DNA from: Mobula hypostoma
Lineage: Eukaryota
Direction of reading: 5' to 3'
NCBI RefSeq assembly: GCF_963921235.1
Contig: NC_086097.1
Coordinates: 120,220,001-120,284,000, forward strand
Length of the DNA stretch: 64,000 nucleotides
Positions 23,594 to 36,778 of the stretch are shown here, one piece after another. Under the pieces are notes generated by a model, which ran no database searches, had not been told where the DNA came from, and was given only the letters and a program-made list of their open reading frames with translations. The position numbers and the translations under genes were made by a program. Every line of letters starts with the position of its first letter. The stretch's first letter is position 1.

Positions 23594-24695
23594 CACTCAG
23601 TGGCCACTTTATTAGGTGCACCTGTACACCTGATCATTGATGCAAATATCTAATCAATAGGTTCAATAGGTACATTTAATGTCAGAGAATTGTATACAAT
23701 ATACATCCTGAAATTCCTTTTCTTCACAATCATCCATGAAAACAGAGGACTGCTCCAAAGAATGAATGACAGTTAAACGTTAGAACCCCAAAGCCTTCCC
23801 CCTTCCCCCCAGCAAAAAAGCATCAGCACCCTCCACCGAGCATGCATCAAGCCATCAATAAAGACACAGACTTGCAGTACCCCAAAGACGACTTGTTCAC
23901 CCAGTAATTCGACATACCACCAGCTCTCTCTCTCTCTCTCTCCCTAATAAGGAAAAAGAGGTGTCACAGCGAGACGGGAGACATAACAAACAACTCATTG
24001 ATTTATGATGTTAAAAGTCTGTTGCGTCATTTTTCCAACCTCCATTCCCAGAGAATCAGCCCCGGAAAGGCTCATGTCTCTGGACACACAGCTCCCGATG
24101 ATCTGTGTTCTCTCGTGATGTCTCAGTTAGGGGCACTGACCTTGAATCAGCCCATCTTCAGAGCCACGAAAATCCAGGCACTCTAGTCTAGTAATCAACC
24201 AATTATGTGGCAGCAGCTCAATACATAAAAGCATGCAGACATGGTCAAGAGATTCAGTTATAGTTCAAACCGAACATCAGAATGGGGAAGAAATGTGATC
24301 TAAGTGATTTTGACTGTGTAATGATTGTATGTAACAGACAAGGTGGTTGAGTATCTCAGAGTCTGCTGATTTCCTGGGAATTTCATGCACAACAGTCTCT
24401 AGAACTTACAGCATGGTGCAATAATCCAAAAACATCCAGCGGGCAGCAGTTTTGTTGGTGAAAATGCCTTGTTAATAAGAGGTCAGAGGAGAATAGCCAG
24501 GCTGGTTCAAACTGACAGGAAAGTGATAGTAACTCAAATGAACATGGATTAAAACAGTGGTGTGCAGAAGAGCATCTCTGATGCATGACACCTGAATGTT
24601 AAAGTGGATAGGCTACTGCAACAGGAGACCACAAACATGCTCGCAGTGGCCACTTTATTAGGTACAGAGGTACCTCATAATGTAGCCACATAGTG
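23594..24695 (+). mobile_element. Tc1-derived non-autonomous element with an inserted LINE-tail element (about 23657-24190)
   Basis: Left TIR CACTCAGTGGCCACTTTATTAGGTGCAC; degenerate right TIR GTACCTCATAATGTAGCCACATAGTG followed by TA; an extra internal TIR copy at about 24644; transposase remnant GRKCDLSDFD. Confidence 0.8.
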
Positions 24696-25274
24696 TATAT
24701 CAAAACAGACCATTTCTGCCAGTCATCCATCTTTGATTTTTGTTCTGTTTTTCTCTTTACCTTGGAGCAGCATGACCTGCTTCCTTTAACAAACACAGCA
24801 GGGACAAAGAAGTATAAATTGCCACTGTCACATTAACTAATTTGACATCACTGTAATTTTCCTTTTATTTATCCACCACCCCCGCCCCCATATCTTCTCT
24901 GCTGCTTAAAAATAATTTGTTTTCTCTCTTTCCTAGTTCAGAAGAAGAATCTCAGGCTTAAAAGATTAACTTTCTTTCTACAGATGCTGCCTGACTCAAT
25001 GTGTATATGTAGCAACCTCTGTTTTTAAAAAAAGCTTTGCTTCCTTCCAAACTCCATATCGGATATCATTCACAAGCAGCTGCTAATGTTTGACTACTTT
25101 CTCTACCTTTTACTGAGGCCTTATTATTTGCTATCACAATTTAAAAGAAAAATTAGTGGAGTGCCCTGGAATACGAAATGAACTCCTCTTCTCATTAATC
25201 TGAAAGGGACCAAGAACACAGCTTAAACAACAGAGAAAAATACAAGCATTTCTCTTTTAAGTCTAAAGGCAACA

Positions 25275-25326
25275 CTGTCATTTACGGTGACAGAAATGGT
25301 ACACACGTTAGAAAATAATGATTTAC
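25275..25326. promoter_or_regulatory. Candidate enhancer motif cluster (Meis/TGIF, posterior Hox/Cdx, Pbx-Hox)
   Basis: CTGTCA-TTTACGG-TGACAG (25275-25293) and TGATTTAC (25319-25326) lie inside about 1.2 kb of TE-free, AT-rich DNA. Confidence 0.3.
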
Positions 25327-26265
25327 AGTTCTGGAGAATTGTGTGAAATTTAATGTCTTCGATAAGGCGATCAACTTTAATATAATCTTTATTAAATAGT
25401 ACTGAAAGAAGACCTAATCCTTTAATAAATAGTGCAGTGGTTTCATTAGCACCAGCTGTTTTTTTGATGGATTCACTGTCCTATACAATTCCTGCATTAT
25501 TTAAAGAGAGGATTTCTTTGCTGTCATCTAGCACTTTGTTTTCAAAGATATTATTTTCATTCCTTTGAGTGACTTCAACTTTGATTTTATCTCACTGAAG
25601 TGTGGCATTTGTGAAAGGAGAATCTGTGGTCCAGACTTTTCAAGTTTTCAAAGGCATTCTGAGAGCTCAGTGAAAGAGATATTAGAACAACATTAAACAT
25701 TGGACAATGGAGCTTTTTTAATTGGCACTCATTGAATAGGGAATATCTGAATAAGAAATGAATCCCTGGTTCAATTAGGATTAATTTGGCACAGATTCTT
25801 ATCCACTGTTTCGTTGAGAATTAAAATAACACAAAAGTGGAAGATTATTAAAACAACTTTATTCTTGCTGAGTGGCCAAAGAGAGTGTATGCTTTAGGAA
25901 GTGAAAAGAAGCTTAAATTAGGTTCTTGCATCAGTTTCTCATGATTAATCAATTGAAGGACAAAGATAACTATTACAAAAACAATTGGAATTCTATACCC
26001 CATTTTATGGAAAACTACATTGCACTCCATGAAATGATTAGTTCTCTGTAGCTTTTCATCAGAAATTAACTTTTATCTGGCCCTGTTTAACGTTAACCTT
26101 TCAGTTATGTACACTGGCTGGTCAATGAAGTAACATTTGGCTTGATGTAGATGAGGAAAATAATGTCTATATGGTTACTAATGACATTATCCTCAAAGCA
26201 ACGGGGGTCAGTTGGTCACAGCTTCATCCGTCTGTCATAATAGCCGGGATCTCCAGGTGGCCAGC

Positions 26266-29200
26266 TGTTGTGTGTTTAATATTTCAGTAATATTTGAGTT
26301 CTGTTGTAAATATTGAACATGTGAAATTTGCAGATGCTGGAAATCCATAGCAACATGCACAAAATGTTGGAGGAGCTTAGCAGGCCAGGCAGCATTTATG
26401 AAAAGGCATAAGCAGTCATTGTTTCAGGTCGAGACTCTTCTTCAGGATTGAAAGGAAGGGGAACACTTTCCCCCTTCCGTCTCATCCTGAAGAAGGATCT
26501 CGGCCTGAAACATCAACTGTTTATGCATTTCCATAGATGCGCCTGTCATATTGTAAATATATTGTTTGATTAAGCATTCTTTGTTTATTTAAATAATTAA
26601 TTTTGGGTTATATATTAAAGTACGTGAATGGCTTACGTCATTACGCCACCATGTCATATGGACACACCCTGCCGAAGCCAAGAAAGAGGTAGACATGTTA
26701 TTCCTAGCTCTGTGTTTTTCTTTTGATTAGTTTTATGTTTTTTAGTTACAAAACATAACAACAGTGATGTGTAAGTTTTAAAATAAATTTGAGATGATTA
26801 CCTACCTGTTGAAGTGTAGCAAGATGTTTGAGTTCAAAAAAGGCGCAGTACTTATTCTTCGCAATGGAGAAATGGTTGAGTTAAAATAAAGCACAGCATG
26901 TGTCTCTTCAGAAGAGAAGAGGTATGGTTAAGTTAAAAAATAAGGCATAAAACTAATAAAATTCATGGGTTCATAATTAGTGAGTACATGTTGACAATAA
27001 TGATAAATAAATAAGCAGAAATGGCTGACTACATTGGAAAAATAGACATGATGGATTGTATGAGATAACGGACTTTGTATACTGAATGAATTGAGCAGTA
27101 TTTAAAGCAAATGGAATAGCTGATTAGAAACAAGTGTTGGTTTTACTGAGTGCAACAGGTAGAAGAGCATACTCTTTGCTTAGAAGTTTGACTGCTTCAA
27201 CCAAACCAACTGAAATGAGCTTTGCTGATATCTTGAATGTAGTACAGGAACATTTATAACTAAAACTATTGTTGATTGCAGAATGCTTTAGGTTTCATAA
27301 GTGGAAGCAAAGGGAAGGGGAGTCCATTTCAGTATATATGGCTGAATTGAAGAAATTGCCTGAGAATTGACAGTTCAGTAATTGGCTTAATGATACACTG
27401 AAAGTTTAATTTGTGGAATCTTACAAGAAAACATCCAAAAACAAAGTCCATTCTGTTCTGATACCATTTGTGATGAAGTAGCCAATGAGCTAGTTTGCAT
27501 TGAAGCTGAAGGAATTCTTTCCAATGTTGTGCGGAGCCCATGGGCAGCGCCAATTGTCCCAGTAACCAAGAAGAATGGGTTGATCAGGAACTGTGGTGAT
27601 TTTAAAGACATTATTAACCCAGTAATGCAAGTAGATCAATACATTCTGCCCAGGATAAAGGATATCTTTGCAAACCTCTCTGGAGGAAAACACTTCAGCA
27701 AAGTGGACTTAGCTGAAGCCTACCTACAGATTGAAATGGAAGAAGAGTCCAAAGTGTTCTTCATGATAAACACTCACAAAGGGCTTTATTGCTATAGACT
27801 TGTTTTTGGAGCAGCATGTGCACCTATACTTTGGCAGGAAGCTAAAGACCAGGTGCTGCAAGTGTGCCCAGCCACTCAGTGTTTCCTAGATGATATCGTT
27901 GTTACCTGTGAGGATGACAAGGAACAGCTCCAAAATATCTAGACAGCTTTTAAAAGATTAAAAGGTTATGTGCTCACTGCACAATGCAATAACTGTGAAT
28001 TTTTTAAAACAAGCAGCACTGACTGTGGTAACAGAATTAACACACAAGATTTACACAAATGTGCTGAGAAAATTCAGCAAAGGTAAATGCCCCAAGGTCA
28101 AAGAATGTCACATTGTAGTTGCTTTTAGGATTTGTCAATTACTATAACATGTTCCTGCCAATCCTGGTTACTATGACCCATCCCTTGAACTTACTACTAC
28201 AGTCAGGAAGAAATGGCAATGGACAAAGTCGTGTAAGGTGGCTTTCCAAAAGGTAAAGGAAATGGTAATGTCAGGTACTATACTCATACATTATGATCCA
28301 CGTTGTCCAGTGAAGTTTGCATGTGATGCCTCGCCTTATGGTATAGGTGCAGTGATGTCATATATTATAAGTGATGGAATTAAGAGCCCATTAGCCTTTG
28401 CATCACATGTCCTTACCGCTGCAGAGAAAAGTTACATACAGGTTGACAGAGAGGCCTTGAGTCTGGTTTGGGATATAAAACATTTCAACCAGTATTTATT
28501 TGGGAGAGAGTTTACCCTCATTGCTGATGATCAACCACTAGTGTCCATCTTCAATCCACAGAAGGGTGTCCAACTAACAGGAGGTGCACAAATATAGAGG
28601 TAGGCTCTGTTTCTTGGAGGACACAATTACAAGATTGAATTTAAAATACGAACTACTCATGGAAATGCTGATGGATTGTCCTGTTTACCATTGGAAAAGG
28701 AAATACACTAACAATTGGCAAATGAGGACACTCTTCCTAACATAATGTCCATAATGCAAATCAAAAATCTCCTTAGTATAGCAGACGTGATCCAAAGGGA
28801 AACAACAAAAGATCCCACACTGTCTCAGGTTGACATGGCAACCCAAAATGGCCGGAGTGATCAGCAGAAATTTTTACCAGCACTCGGATGAACTTGCCCT
28901 TGACAGGGGATGCCTTATGTGGGGATTGAGAGTTGTTGTACCATCTAAGCTGAGCTAAAGTGTTGGAGGAGCTACTTGCCAGTCATCTGGGCATAGTCAA
29001 AAGCAAAGCATTGGGTCAAAGCTTTGTCAGGTGGCCTGGAATAGATCAGCAGATTGAGTGGTTTGCCAATCATTGTTTGGAATGCCAACATGTCGAGAAG
29101 ATGCCTAGAGCAGCACTTCTCCATCCCGGGGAATGGTCTGCATTGCCCTGGCAGAGGATTCATGTGGATTTTGCTGGACCATTCATGGGCACAACTTTCT

Positions 29201-30030
29201 TGCTTAGTAGTGGATGCAGCCACAAAATAGCCAGAGGTGCTCCTAATAGACTTCAGATATAGCCTTCCGCACTGCTGATGTGTTGAGAAGCCTCTTCTCA
29301 AGGACTAGCGTTCCAGAACACTTCGTCAGTGACAATGGACCACAGTTTGTTGTGGTACAGTTTCTGTCATTCCTGAAAGTGACAGGAGTAAGACATATTA
29401 CATCTGCACTGTGCCATTCAGCTGCAAATGGCTTGGTGGAAAAGTTTATTCAGTGTCTGAGGAATGCACTGCAAATAATGGCAGTAGAACACTTTACACT
29501 GACACTGAACCAGAAGCTCGCAAATTCCTCCTTGCATATTGCAATTCATCACACTCCAGCAACTCACCAGCCATGAGGTTGTGGGTCGCCCCTTGTGTCA
29601 TGCTTGGATCTCCTCAAACTCAATCTCCAAAGGAGTATGCAGGGCAAATAGCTGAGACAAATTCAGGTCTACTCAAACAAAGAGTTTCGATGTTCCAGTC
29701 CTGGACAAACAGTCCTAGTGAGGGACTACAGAGGTGATCAAATGAGCGTACTTGGAAGGGATAAGGACAGAAATGAACCATTCTCCTACACATTGGAGAT
29801 TGTGTTTGATGCTATCTGGAGACAATAGATTGATCAAAGGCAATTGTTAGAGAAGACATGTGCCCAGATCTATCAGAATCACTTCTTGCAGTCTTAGACT
29901 CAACTCTACCACTTCCATAAGGAGGCCCCAGAAACTGAAATTGTTTCACAGCCAAAAGTCTCACCTGCAGAGTAACCCCCATCCCCTAACAGGAAAGACA
30001 TTATCCCACAAGAGTTAAAAGCCCTACAGC
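26266..30030 (+). mobile_element. Decayed Gypsy (Mag-type) LTR retrotransposon: 5' LTR 26266-26760, gag remnant, RT, RNase H, integrase; no 3' LTR
   Basis: LTR bounded TGTT...AACA; ORFs contain SPWAAPIVPVTKKNG, FSKVDLAEAYLQ, FLDD, ACDASPYGIGAV, HLGIVK..C..C, PWQRIHVDFAGPF, VSDNGPQF and ANGLVEK; the protease region appears deleted. Confidence 0.9.
26317..26546. mobile_element. Head-to-head inverted pair of Penelope tails inside the Gypsy LTR
   Basis: 26370-26461 and 26470-26546 are imperfect reverse complements around AACACTT; each arm has a CTGAAGA...GAAA hammerhead core. Confidence 0.8.
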
Positions 30031-30270
30031 TACCGGCTTCTTACATCTATCCCACATTCCCCCTCCACCACTGACCTGTCCTTCCTGCTTACATGAATTC
30101 ACCAACAATTGTCAGCTCTTGGCTCCCTCCCTCCCTCCAGTTTGTTTTTATCCTGGCTATCTCCCCTCTTTCTATCCAATCTTGATGGGTATTGACTCAA
30201 AACATTGACTGTCCATTTCCCTCCATTGATGTTGCCTGACCCATTCAATTCCTACAGTATTTTGTGTGCA
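30030..30270 (+). mobile_element. Penelope tail fragment
   Basis: Pyrimidine-rich tract plus a decayed hammerhead TCTTGATG...AAAACATTGACTGT and GATGTTGCCTGACC. Confidence 0.65.
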
Positions 30271-30329
30271 TGTGTTTATTATCCTCAAAATTGAGATTAA
30301 TTGAATCATGTCAACTGAAACTAAATCAC

Positions 30330-30630
30330 AGAAACCAGGGTCTCAGTATAGGAGGACGTCCCTTTAGAACCGAGATGAGGAGTAATTAATTTAGCCAAAG
30401 AGTGGTGAATCTATGGAATTTATTGCCAGAGATGGCTGTGGAGGCCACGTCATTGGGCACAAGTAAACTGGAGGTTGACTAATTCTTCGTTAGTAAGGGC
30501 ATCAGAAGTTACTGGAAGAAGGCAAGAGAATAGGGTTGAGAGGATAATAAATCGGTCATGAAGGAATGGCACAGTAGACTTGATGGCCAAATGGCCTAAT
30601 TCTTCTTCTATGTCTTATGGTCTTTGGTCT
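30330..30630 (+). mobile_element. CR1 3' end
   Basis: CCTTTAGAACCGAGATGAGGAG...AGAGTGGTGAATCTATGGAAT...TATGTCTTATGGTCTT. Confidence 0.8.
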
Positions 30631-30789
30631 ATATTATTTGAGAGGATGAGGATGAAGAACGATGTCTTCCTGAGTGGAGTCAAAAAGGAAGAGATGTATA
30701 GAGGACAGCAAAAGGTCGCTCATACAGGAAGAGTTGAGATGGAGTCACAAAGACAATAAAGTCTTGTCCTGCAATGAACAGCTGAACTA

Positions 30790-31010
30790 GGTGGTAAAGT
30801 AGCATAGCAGTTAGTGTACTTCTATTAGCGCCAGTGAGCCGGGTTCAATTCAGCCACTGTCTGTAAGGAGTTTGTGTGTTCTCCCCATGACCACATGGAT
30901 TTCCTCTGGGTTCTCTGGTTTCATCCCACATTCCAAACACGTATAGGTTAGTAAATTAATTGGTCACAAGGGTCTAAATGCACAGTGCTGTATTTCTAAG
31001 TAAAGAAAAT
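30790..31010 (+). mobile_element. HE1/V-SINE-like tRNA SINE
   Basis: A box TAGCATAGCAG, B box GGGTTCAATTC and V-domain GGAGTTTGTGTGTTCTCCCCATGACC. Confidence 0.75.
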
Positions 31011-31594
31011 GGAAAATAAAACAGAAGGCAAAATTGTACCTTCTCAAAATACTGTAATATTTCAGATGGAAGGATAAAAAATAAAGTTCAAAGTACATTT
31101 ATTATCAAAGTATGTACACTTTATACAACCTTGAGATTTATCTCCTTACAAACAGCCACAAAATAAACAACCCCAAAAGAACTCATAAAAAAGACCATCA
31201 AACACCGAATGCATAGAGAGAAAAGTTAACAAATCTTACAAACAACAGAACTAAGCAAATGGCATTCAGAACAAAAGTGAGTCCATGGATGTGAAGCCCG
31301 GAGCAGGCCACAGCCTGGGCCTCAGTTCAGCACAGAGCCGAGTAAACACCTTAGAAAGAAGCAAATTCTAAGAAGAAGAAAGGAATAAACCAATGTGGTG
31401 ATACTTAGATGTATTAGAGTTATGCAAGTTCACATAGCATAAATGTTAGTACAGGTCAGTCAGGCCAAATTTCCTGTTTTATTTTTTGTCAATTCTTTAT
31501 AATTCTACCAATCATTTCTTTAAATGAATTGAGGGGAATGAAATGATAATGATATATAGTGACAGCTCTGATCTAGCATCAAGTAAGGCTCTGA

Positions 31595-32456
31595 TGTTAC
31601 ATACCTCAAGGAGATCTTGTGACTTCCCTGTGAGAATGATGTAATGGTCTTATGGAGGTCACCTGATGTAATTTTCCCACCGATCTGAAGTCACATGATG
31701 ACATGTTCACCACGGGTATAAAAGGGAAGACCTCAGGTGACGCAGTTAGTTTTTTAGTTTATCCAGCTAGAACGTTAGTCAGAATCTCCGTTCTGTTGCG
31801 TATTTGCTTTATGACACAGTTTCATTTTTAAAATGGAGTTTGCAAGGTACAATAGAGCTGGACTGGCAATTTTTTGCTAGATTTGTTGATGTACCTTTTT
31901 CCAGTAGTATTGGAGAGTGAAGACTTTATCGAAGTACAGGATTTAAAGGATTAAGAGAAGTCGGTAATGTTCGGCAGTTCAACAAAGGATCGACCTTATT
32001 GAGTCTTCGTTGAAGAAGTAGCGACCTGTATCAGCGATAACTCTTGCCAAAAGAGCAAGGAAGTTCATGCAAGGTGCTGTCTAGAAATTAAGGTCAGTTG
32101 TTTTGAGCCGTATATTTCCTTCATCGTGAATTCTTTGGACAGAACTAGCAGGAAAGTCGCGTCTATGAAGAAATACTTCTCCAGAGAAGTCTCTTCCAAT
32201 TGAATGTATAAATCTGTTGGACTTTTGAATTTACCATTTTAAGAACTGCGTTTGACTTTACAGCTTTAAGAAGTATTTTCAAATTTATCGTTTTAAGAAT
32301 CAGTACCGAGTGATGATTCATTGAAGGGCCGCATAGCGGTTAACTTCCAATTAAGGTTTACATTTGTTTTTTACTGTTTATGCATGTTTAATAAATGTTT
32401 GGTTGTTTTTATGTAACCTGACTCGACTGATATTCATTGTTGCCGGTTACATAACA
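31595..32456 (+). repeat. 5' LTR of the Gmr1-like element (862 bp)
   Basis: TGTTA...TAACA termini; TATAAAA at about 31717; AATAAA at about 32390; PBS TGGGGGCTCGTCCAGAT (32464-32480), complementary to the tRNA-Pro 3' end. Confidence 0.9.
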
Positions 32457-35400
32457 TAATTTGTGGGGGCTCGTCCAGATTTTGTTCCAAATGTTTGAGT
32501 TTAAGCACTGGTTTAATTGTCATTCTGATTTGGAAAAGGGAAATACCCTTTTTTTTAAGTTTGATTGGTGTGTCAGTGGTATTCAGCCGCAATGAATATT
32601 GACGTCTTTATGGATTTGCCTGACCCGGAGTTTTTAGAGAATGCAAGAAAACCTGTTGTATTGGAGATTGCTAGGAAATTGGATTTTAAGGGAATTATGA
32701 AGGGAACCACAAGGGTTTTAATTCAAAGAAAAATTGCTGAACATTATATTAGTTTGAAAACATTTGACGATGAGGTGTTAGATAGGTTTTCAACGAGTAA
32801 TCTGGAAATGCAGTTACATCTTGAACAGATAAAGTTTGAAAGATTTAAAGCGGAAATGGCCGAAAGAGAGCAAAATAAATTTAGGGAATTTAAAGAAACA
32901 GAAGCTGAAAACCAGAGGAAATTTGAGTTAGAGATGGAGAAATTAAAGATGGGAAATCAGTCTTCTGGTTCTAAGAAACAGTTTATTGCTAGTCATGAGG
33001 TTATTTTGGCTCCTCCATTTAATGAAGCTGAAGTGGATGAATATTTCAAGCAATTCAAACTGTTGCTCTGAGTTTAGGGTGGCCGAAAGAGCAATGGCCA
33101 GTGATGTTACCAAGGGTAATTAAAGGCAAGGCATAACAAGTTTATACAGCTTTCAATGCTGATCAAGCACTGGATTATGATATTGTTAAACAACATATAT
33201 TAAAGGCATATGAATTGGTTCCGGAAGTGTATCGAGAAAGATTCAGAAATTTGAAGAAATCGATGGAAAAAACTTATGTGTAATTTCCCTATGAGAAATC
33301 TGTGTGTTTTGAGAGATGGGTTTCCTCTAAAAATGTGAATGGGGAGTATAATAAATTAAAAGAGTTGATTTTACTGGAGGAATTTAAAAGAAGCATTCCT
33401 TTTTAAGTGAGAACATACTTAAATGAAAGGGACACTGCTACATTGCAGGCGACTGCTAAGTTAGCTGATGAGTATGCTTTAATTCATAAGAATAAATTTT
33501 CTCCAGGTAGAACTTTTAAAAGGAAAAATAACACAGAGAGTCAAGGTAAACCAGAAATTAAATCTGAAATTAGTGAGAAAAGTAAGGATGAAGGGAGACA
33601 TGTGAAGGAAAGACATTTTGGTATTATTTGTAATTATTGTAAGAAACCTGGACATGTAGTAGCTAACTGCTTTCAATTGAAAAAGAAAGAGAAAGAAGCC
33701 ATCCCAGATACTTGTGTGCAGCATATTGAAAAACCTGTAAAATCACAGGGTTTAGAAAATACTAATGAAGATTTGTCAGAGTCTGACCAAGTTAAGAAGG
33801 GATATGAGACTTTTATAACAGAAGCATTTGTATCCTTGAAAGAATGGTCCAATTCAGTGCCAATAAGAATACTTAGAGATACTGGAGCTTCTCAATCACT
33901 AATATTTGACAGTGTGCTAAAGTTTAGTGATGAGTCTGACATCGGTGAGGTAAATTATATAAGAGGAGTTGGGAGTGCCCTTATGCCATTACATTTACAT
34001 AGAGTAAATTGAAGGTCAGGATTAGTTACAGGGGTTGTTAAAGTAGGACTACAATCCAGTTTATCTGTGAATGATGTTTCTCTTTTTTTAGGGAATGACT
34101 TAGCAGGTGGACAAGTTTTTCCTGAAGTGCATTTGACAATACATAATAATTCTGAAGAACCACAGAGGGATTCTAACACAGATTCTTCCTGTGTTGTAAC
34201 AAGAACTATGACTAAAAAGACTGATGTACGGGATGAGGTTGTTACCCATGACTGTTCAACTCAAGATTCGAATTTTGAGGATGTATCAGAAACTTTCTTA
34301 CCTTCATTATTCCATCAGGATTTTGGTAGTAAGTCTGACCAGGAATATTTGTCTTTATCTCGGAAGGAGATGATAGCAGAGCAGGGTAGAGATACTGAGA
34401 TAGTTAAATTAAAGGAGCAAACTATTCCAGATACTGAAATTGAAAAAGTGCCAGCAGGATATTATTTTGAAAAGGGAGTATTAATGAGAAAGTGGAGATC
34501 GCCTACAATTCCTGCTAGTGAGGAATGGGAGGTTAATCATCAGGTAGTAGTTCCTAAAGTTTATCAAAATAAGATTTTAACTATGGCTCATAGTATTCCT
34601 TTGGGTGGTCATTTAGGAGTAAAGGAAAATATGAACAAATTTTCTTAACATTTTTATTGGCCTAGTTTAAGAAAAGTTGTTGCGACATTTTGTAGAACGT
34701 GTCTTACGTATCAAATTGTGGGTAAACCTAATCACGTTACCTCAGTGACCCAACTGTAACCAATTCCAGCATTTGGTGAGCCGTTTTCAAAAATCATTGT
34801 AGACTGTGTAGGTCCTTTGCTGAAGACTAAAACTGGACATCAATATTTGTTAACTATTATGAGCACAGCGTCTAGGTTTCCAGAGGCAGTACCTCTTTGG
34901 AATATAACAGCCAAAACTGTGACAAAGGCTCTTATAAAATTCTTTACTTATTTTGAGTTGCCTAAGGAAATACGATCGGATCAAGGTCGTAATTTTATGT
35001 CTGGATTGTTTCAGCAGATAGTTTATAAACTGGGAGCAAAACAGATTATCTCATCAGCCTATCATCCAGAATCACAAGGAGCCTTGGAGCGATTCAATTC
35101 TACATTAAAAACTATGATTAGGACATATTGTGTGGAAAATGAAAAGGATTGGGATGAGGGTGTACATTTACTACTTTTTGCAGTAAGGGAGGCAGTACAG
35201 GAATCAATAGGTTTTAGTCCTTTTAAACTTGTGTTTGGGCATACAATTTGAGGACCTTTGGCCTTGTTGAAGGAACAGTGGATTAATAAAGAGATATACA
35301 CTAATTTACTAGATTATGTTTTAAAATTTAAACAAAGATTTTATAAAGCTTGTAGCTTGGCGAAGGAAAATTTCAATTTGGCTCAGGAGAAGATGATGAC

Positions 35401-36454
35401 TTGGTATGATAAGGAAGCTAGAATGAGGTTATTTAAGCCTGGGGATAAGGTGTTGGTTCTTTTCCTGATGCAAGCGAACCCATTACAAGCTAAATTTCAT
35501 GGATCTTATGAGATTAAATCTAAAGTAAATTTTGTGGATTACGTGATAAAAACCCCAGATCGAAGAAAGTGAACTCAGCTGTGTCATATAAATATGATAA
35601 AACCGTATTATGAGAGAGAATCCGCTACTTTGACTGTTGTGATCAGTAATGAGTCTGATCTTTCTAAAAACTTAATGGACGATTCATCTGAAACTCATTT
35701 TAAACCCAACATTATTACAGCCAGGTTAACAAATTCAACAATTCTAGAAAATATTGATGAAGAATTAAGCCATTTACAGCCAGAGCAGAGAGAGCAGAGG
35801 AAAAAGTTAATTTTTAAATATAGGGATTTATTTCCAGATGTTCCTAGAGGAGCCACTGTAGCTACTCATGATGTAGATGTCTGAGATGCAAAATCCATAA
35901 AACAACATCCGTATCAAATGAACAGGGAAAAATGTGAACTTGCTGAGAATAATATTAATAGACATTCTAATTCATATTGGAGTTCACCGTGTGTTATGGT
36001 GCCTAAGCCAGACAGTAGTACTCAGTTTTGTACAGATTATAGGAGGGTAAATGCTGTGACAAAAACTGATGCATATCCAATCCCTAGGGTAGATGATTGT
36101 GTGGATAAAGTTGGACAAGCCAAATTCCTTACAAAGATTGATTTGTTAAAAGGCTATTGGTGTGTTCTATTGGCGGATAGAGGTAGAGATATTTCTGCAT
36201 TTGTAACCCCATCTGGGTTATGTGAGTATAATGTTCTTCCATTTGGGATGAAGAATGCACCAGGTACTTTTCAGAGGGTGATTAATAGCGTGACTCATGG
36301 ATTAAAAGATACGGATGCCTATATTGATGATTTAGTTACAGGAAATAATACGTGGAAAGCACATATTACTGCAGTGGACAAACTATTTGAGAGCCTTTCA
36401 AAAGCTAACTTAACTACTAACTTAGCTAAAAGTGAATTTGGTCATGCCACAGTC

Positions 36455-36778
36455 ACTACTGGAAAAAGGTACATCAACAAATCTAGCAGAAATTGCCAGT
36501 CCAGTTCTATTGTACCTTGCAATAGAACGTAAAACTCCATTTTAAAAATGAAACTGCGTCATAAAGCAAATACGCAACAGAACGGAGACTCTGACTAACG
36601 TTCTAGCTGGAAAAACTGAAAAATTAACTGCGTCACCTGAGGTCTTCCCTTTTATACCTAAGGTGAACATGTCATCACGTGACATCACATCGGTAGGAAC
36701 ATTACATCAGGTGACCTCCTTAAGACCATTACATCATTCTCACAGGAAAGTCACAAGATCTCCTTGAGGTATGTAACA
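36455..36778 (-). repeat. Inverted partial LTR (matches 31595-31908) with an adjacent polypurine tract
   Basis: Reverse complement of the LTR start, ending ...GAGGTATGTAACA; followed by CCTCCCTCC, which reads GGAGGGAGG (PPT) on the minus strand. Confidence 0.93.
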
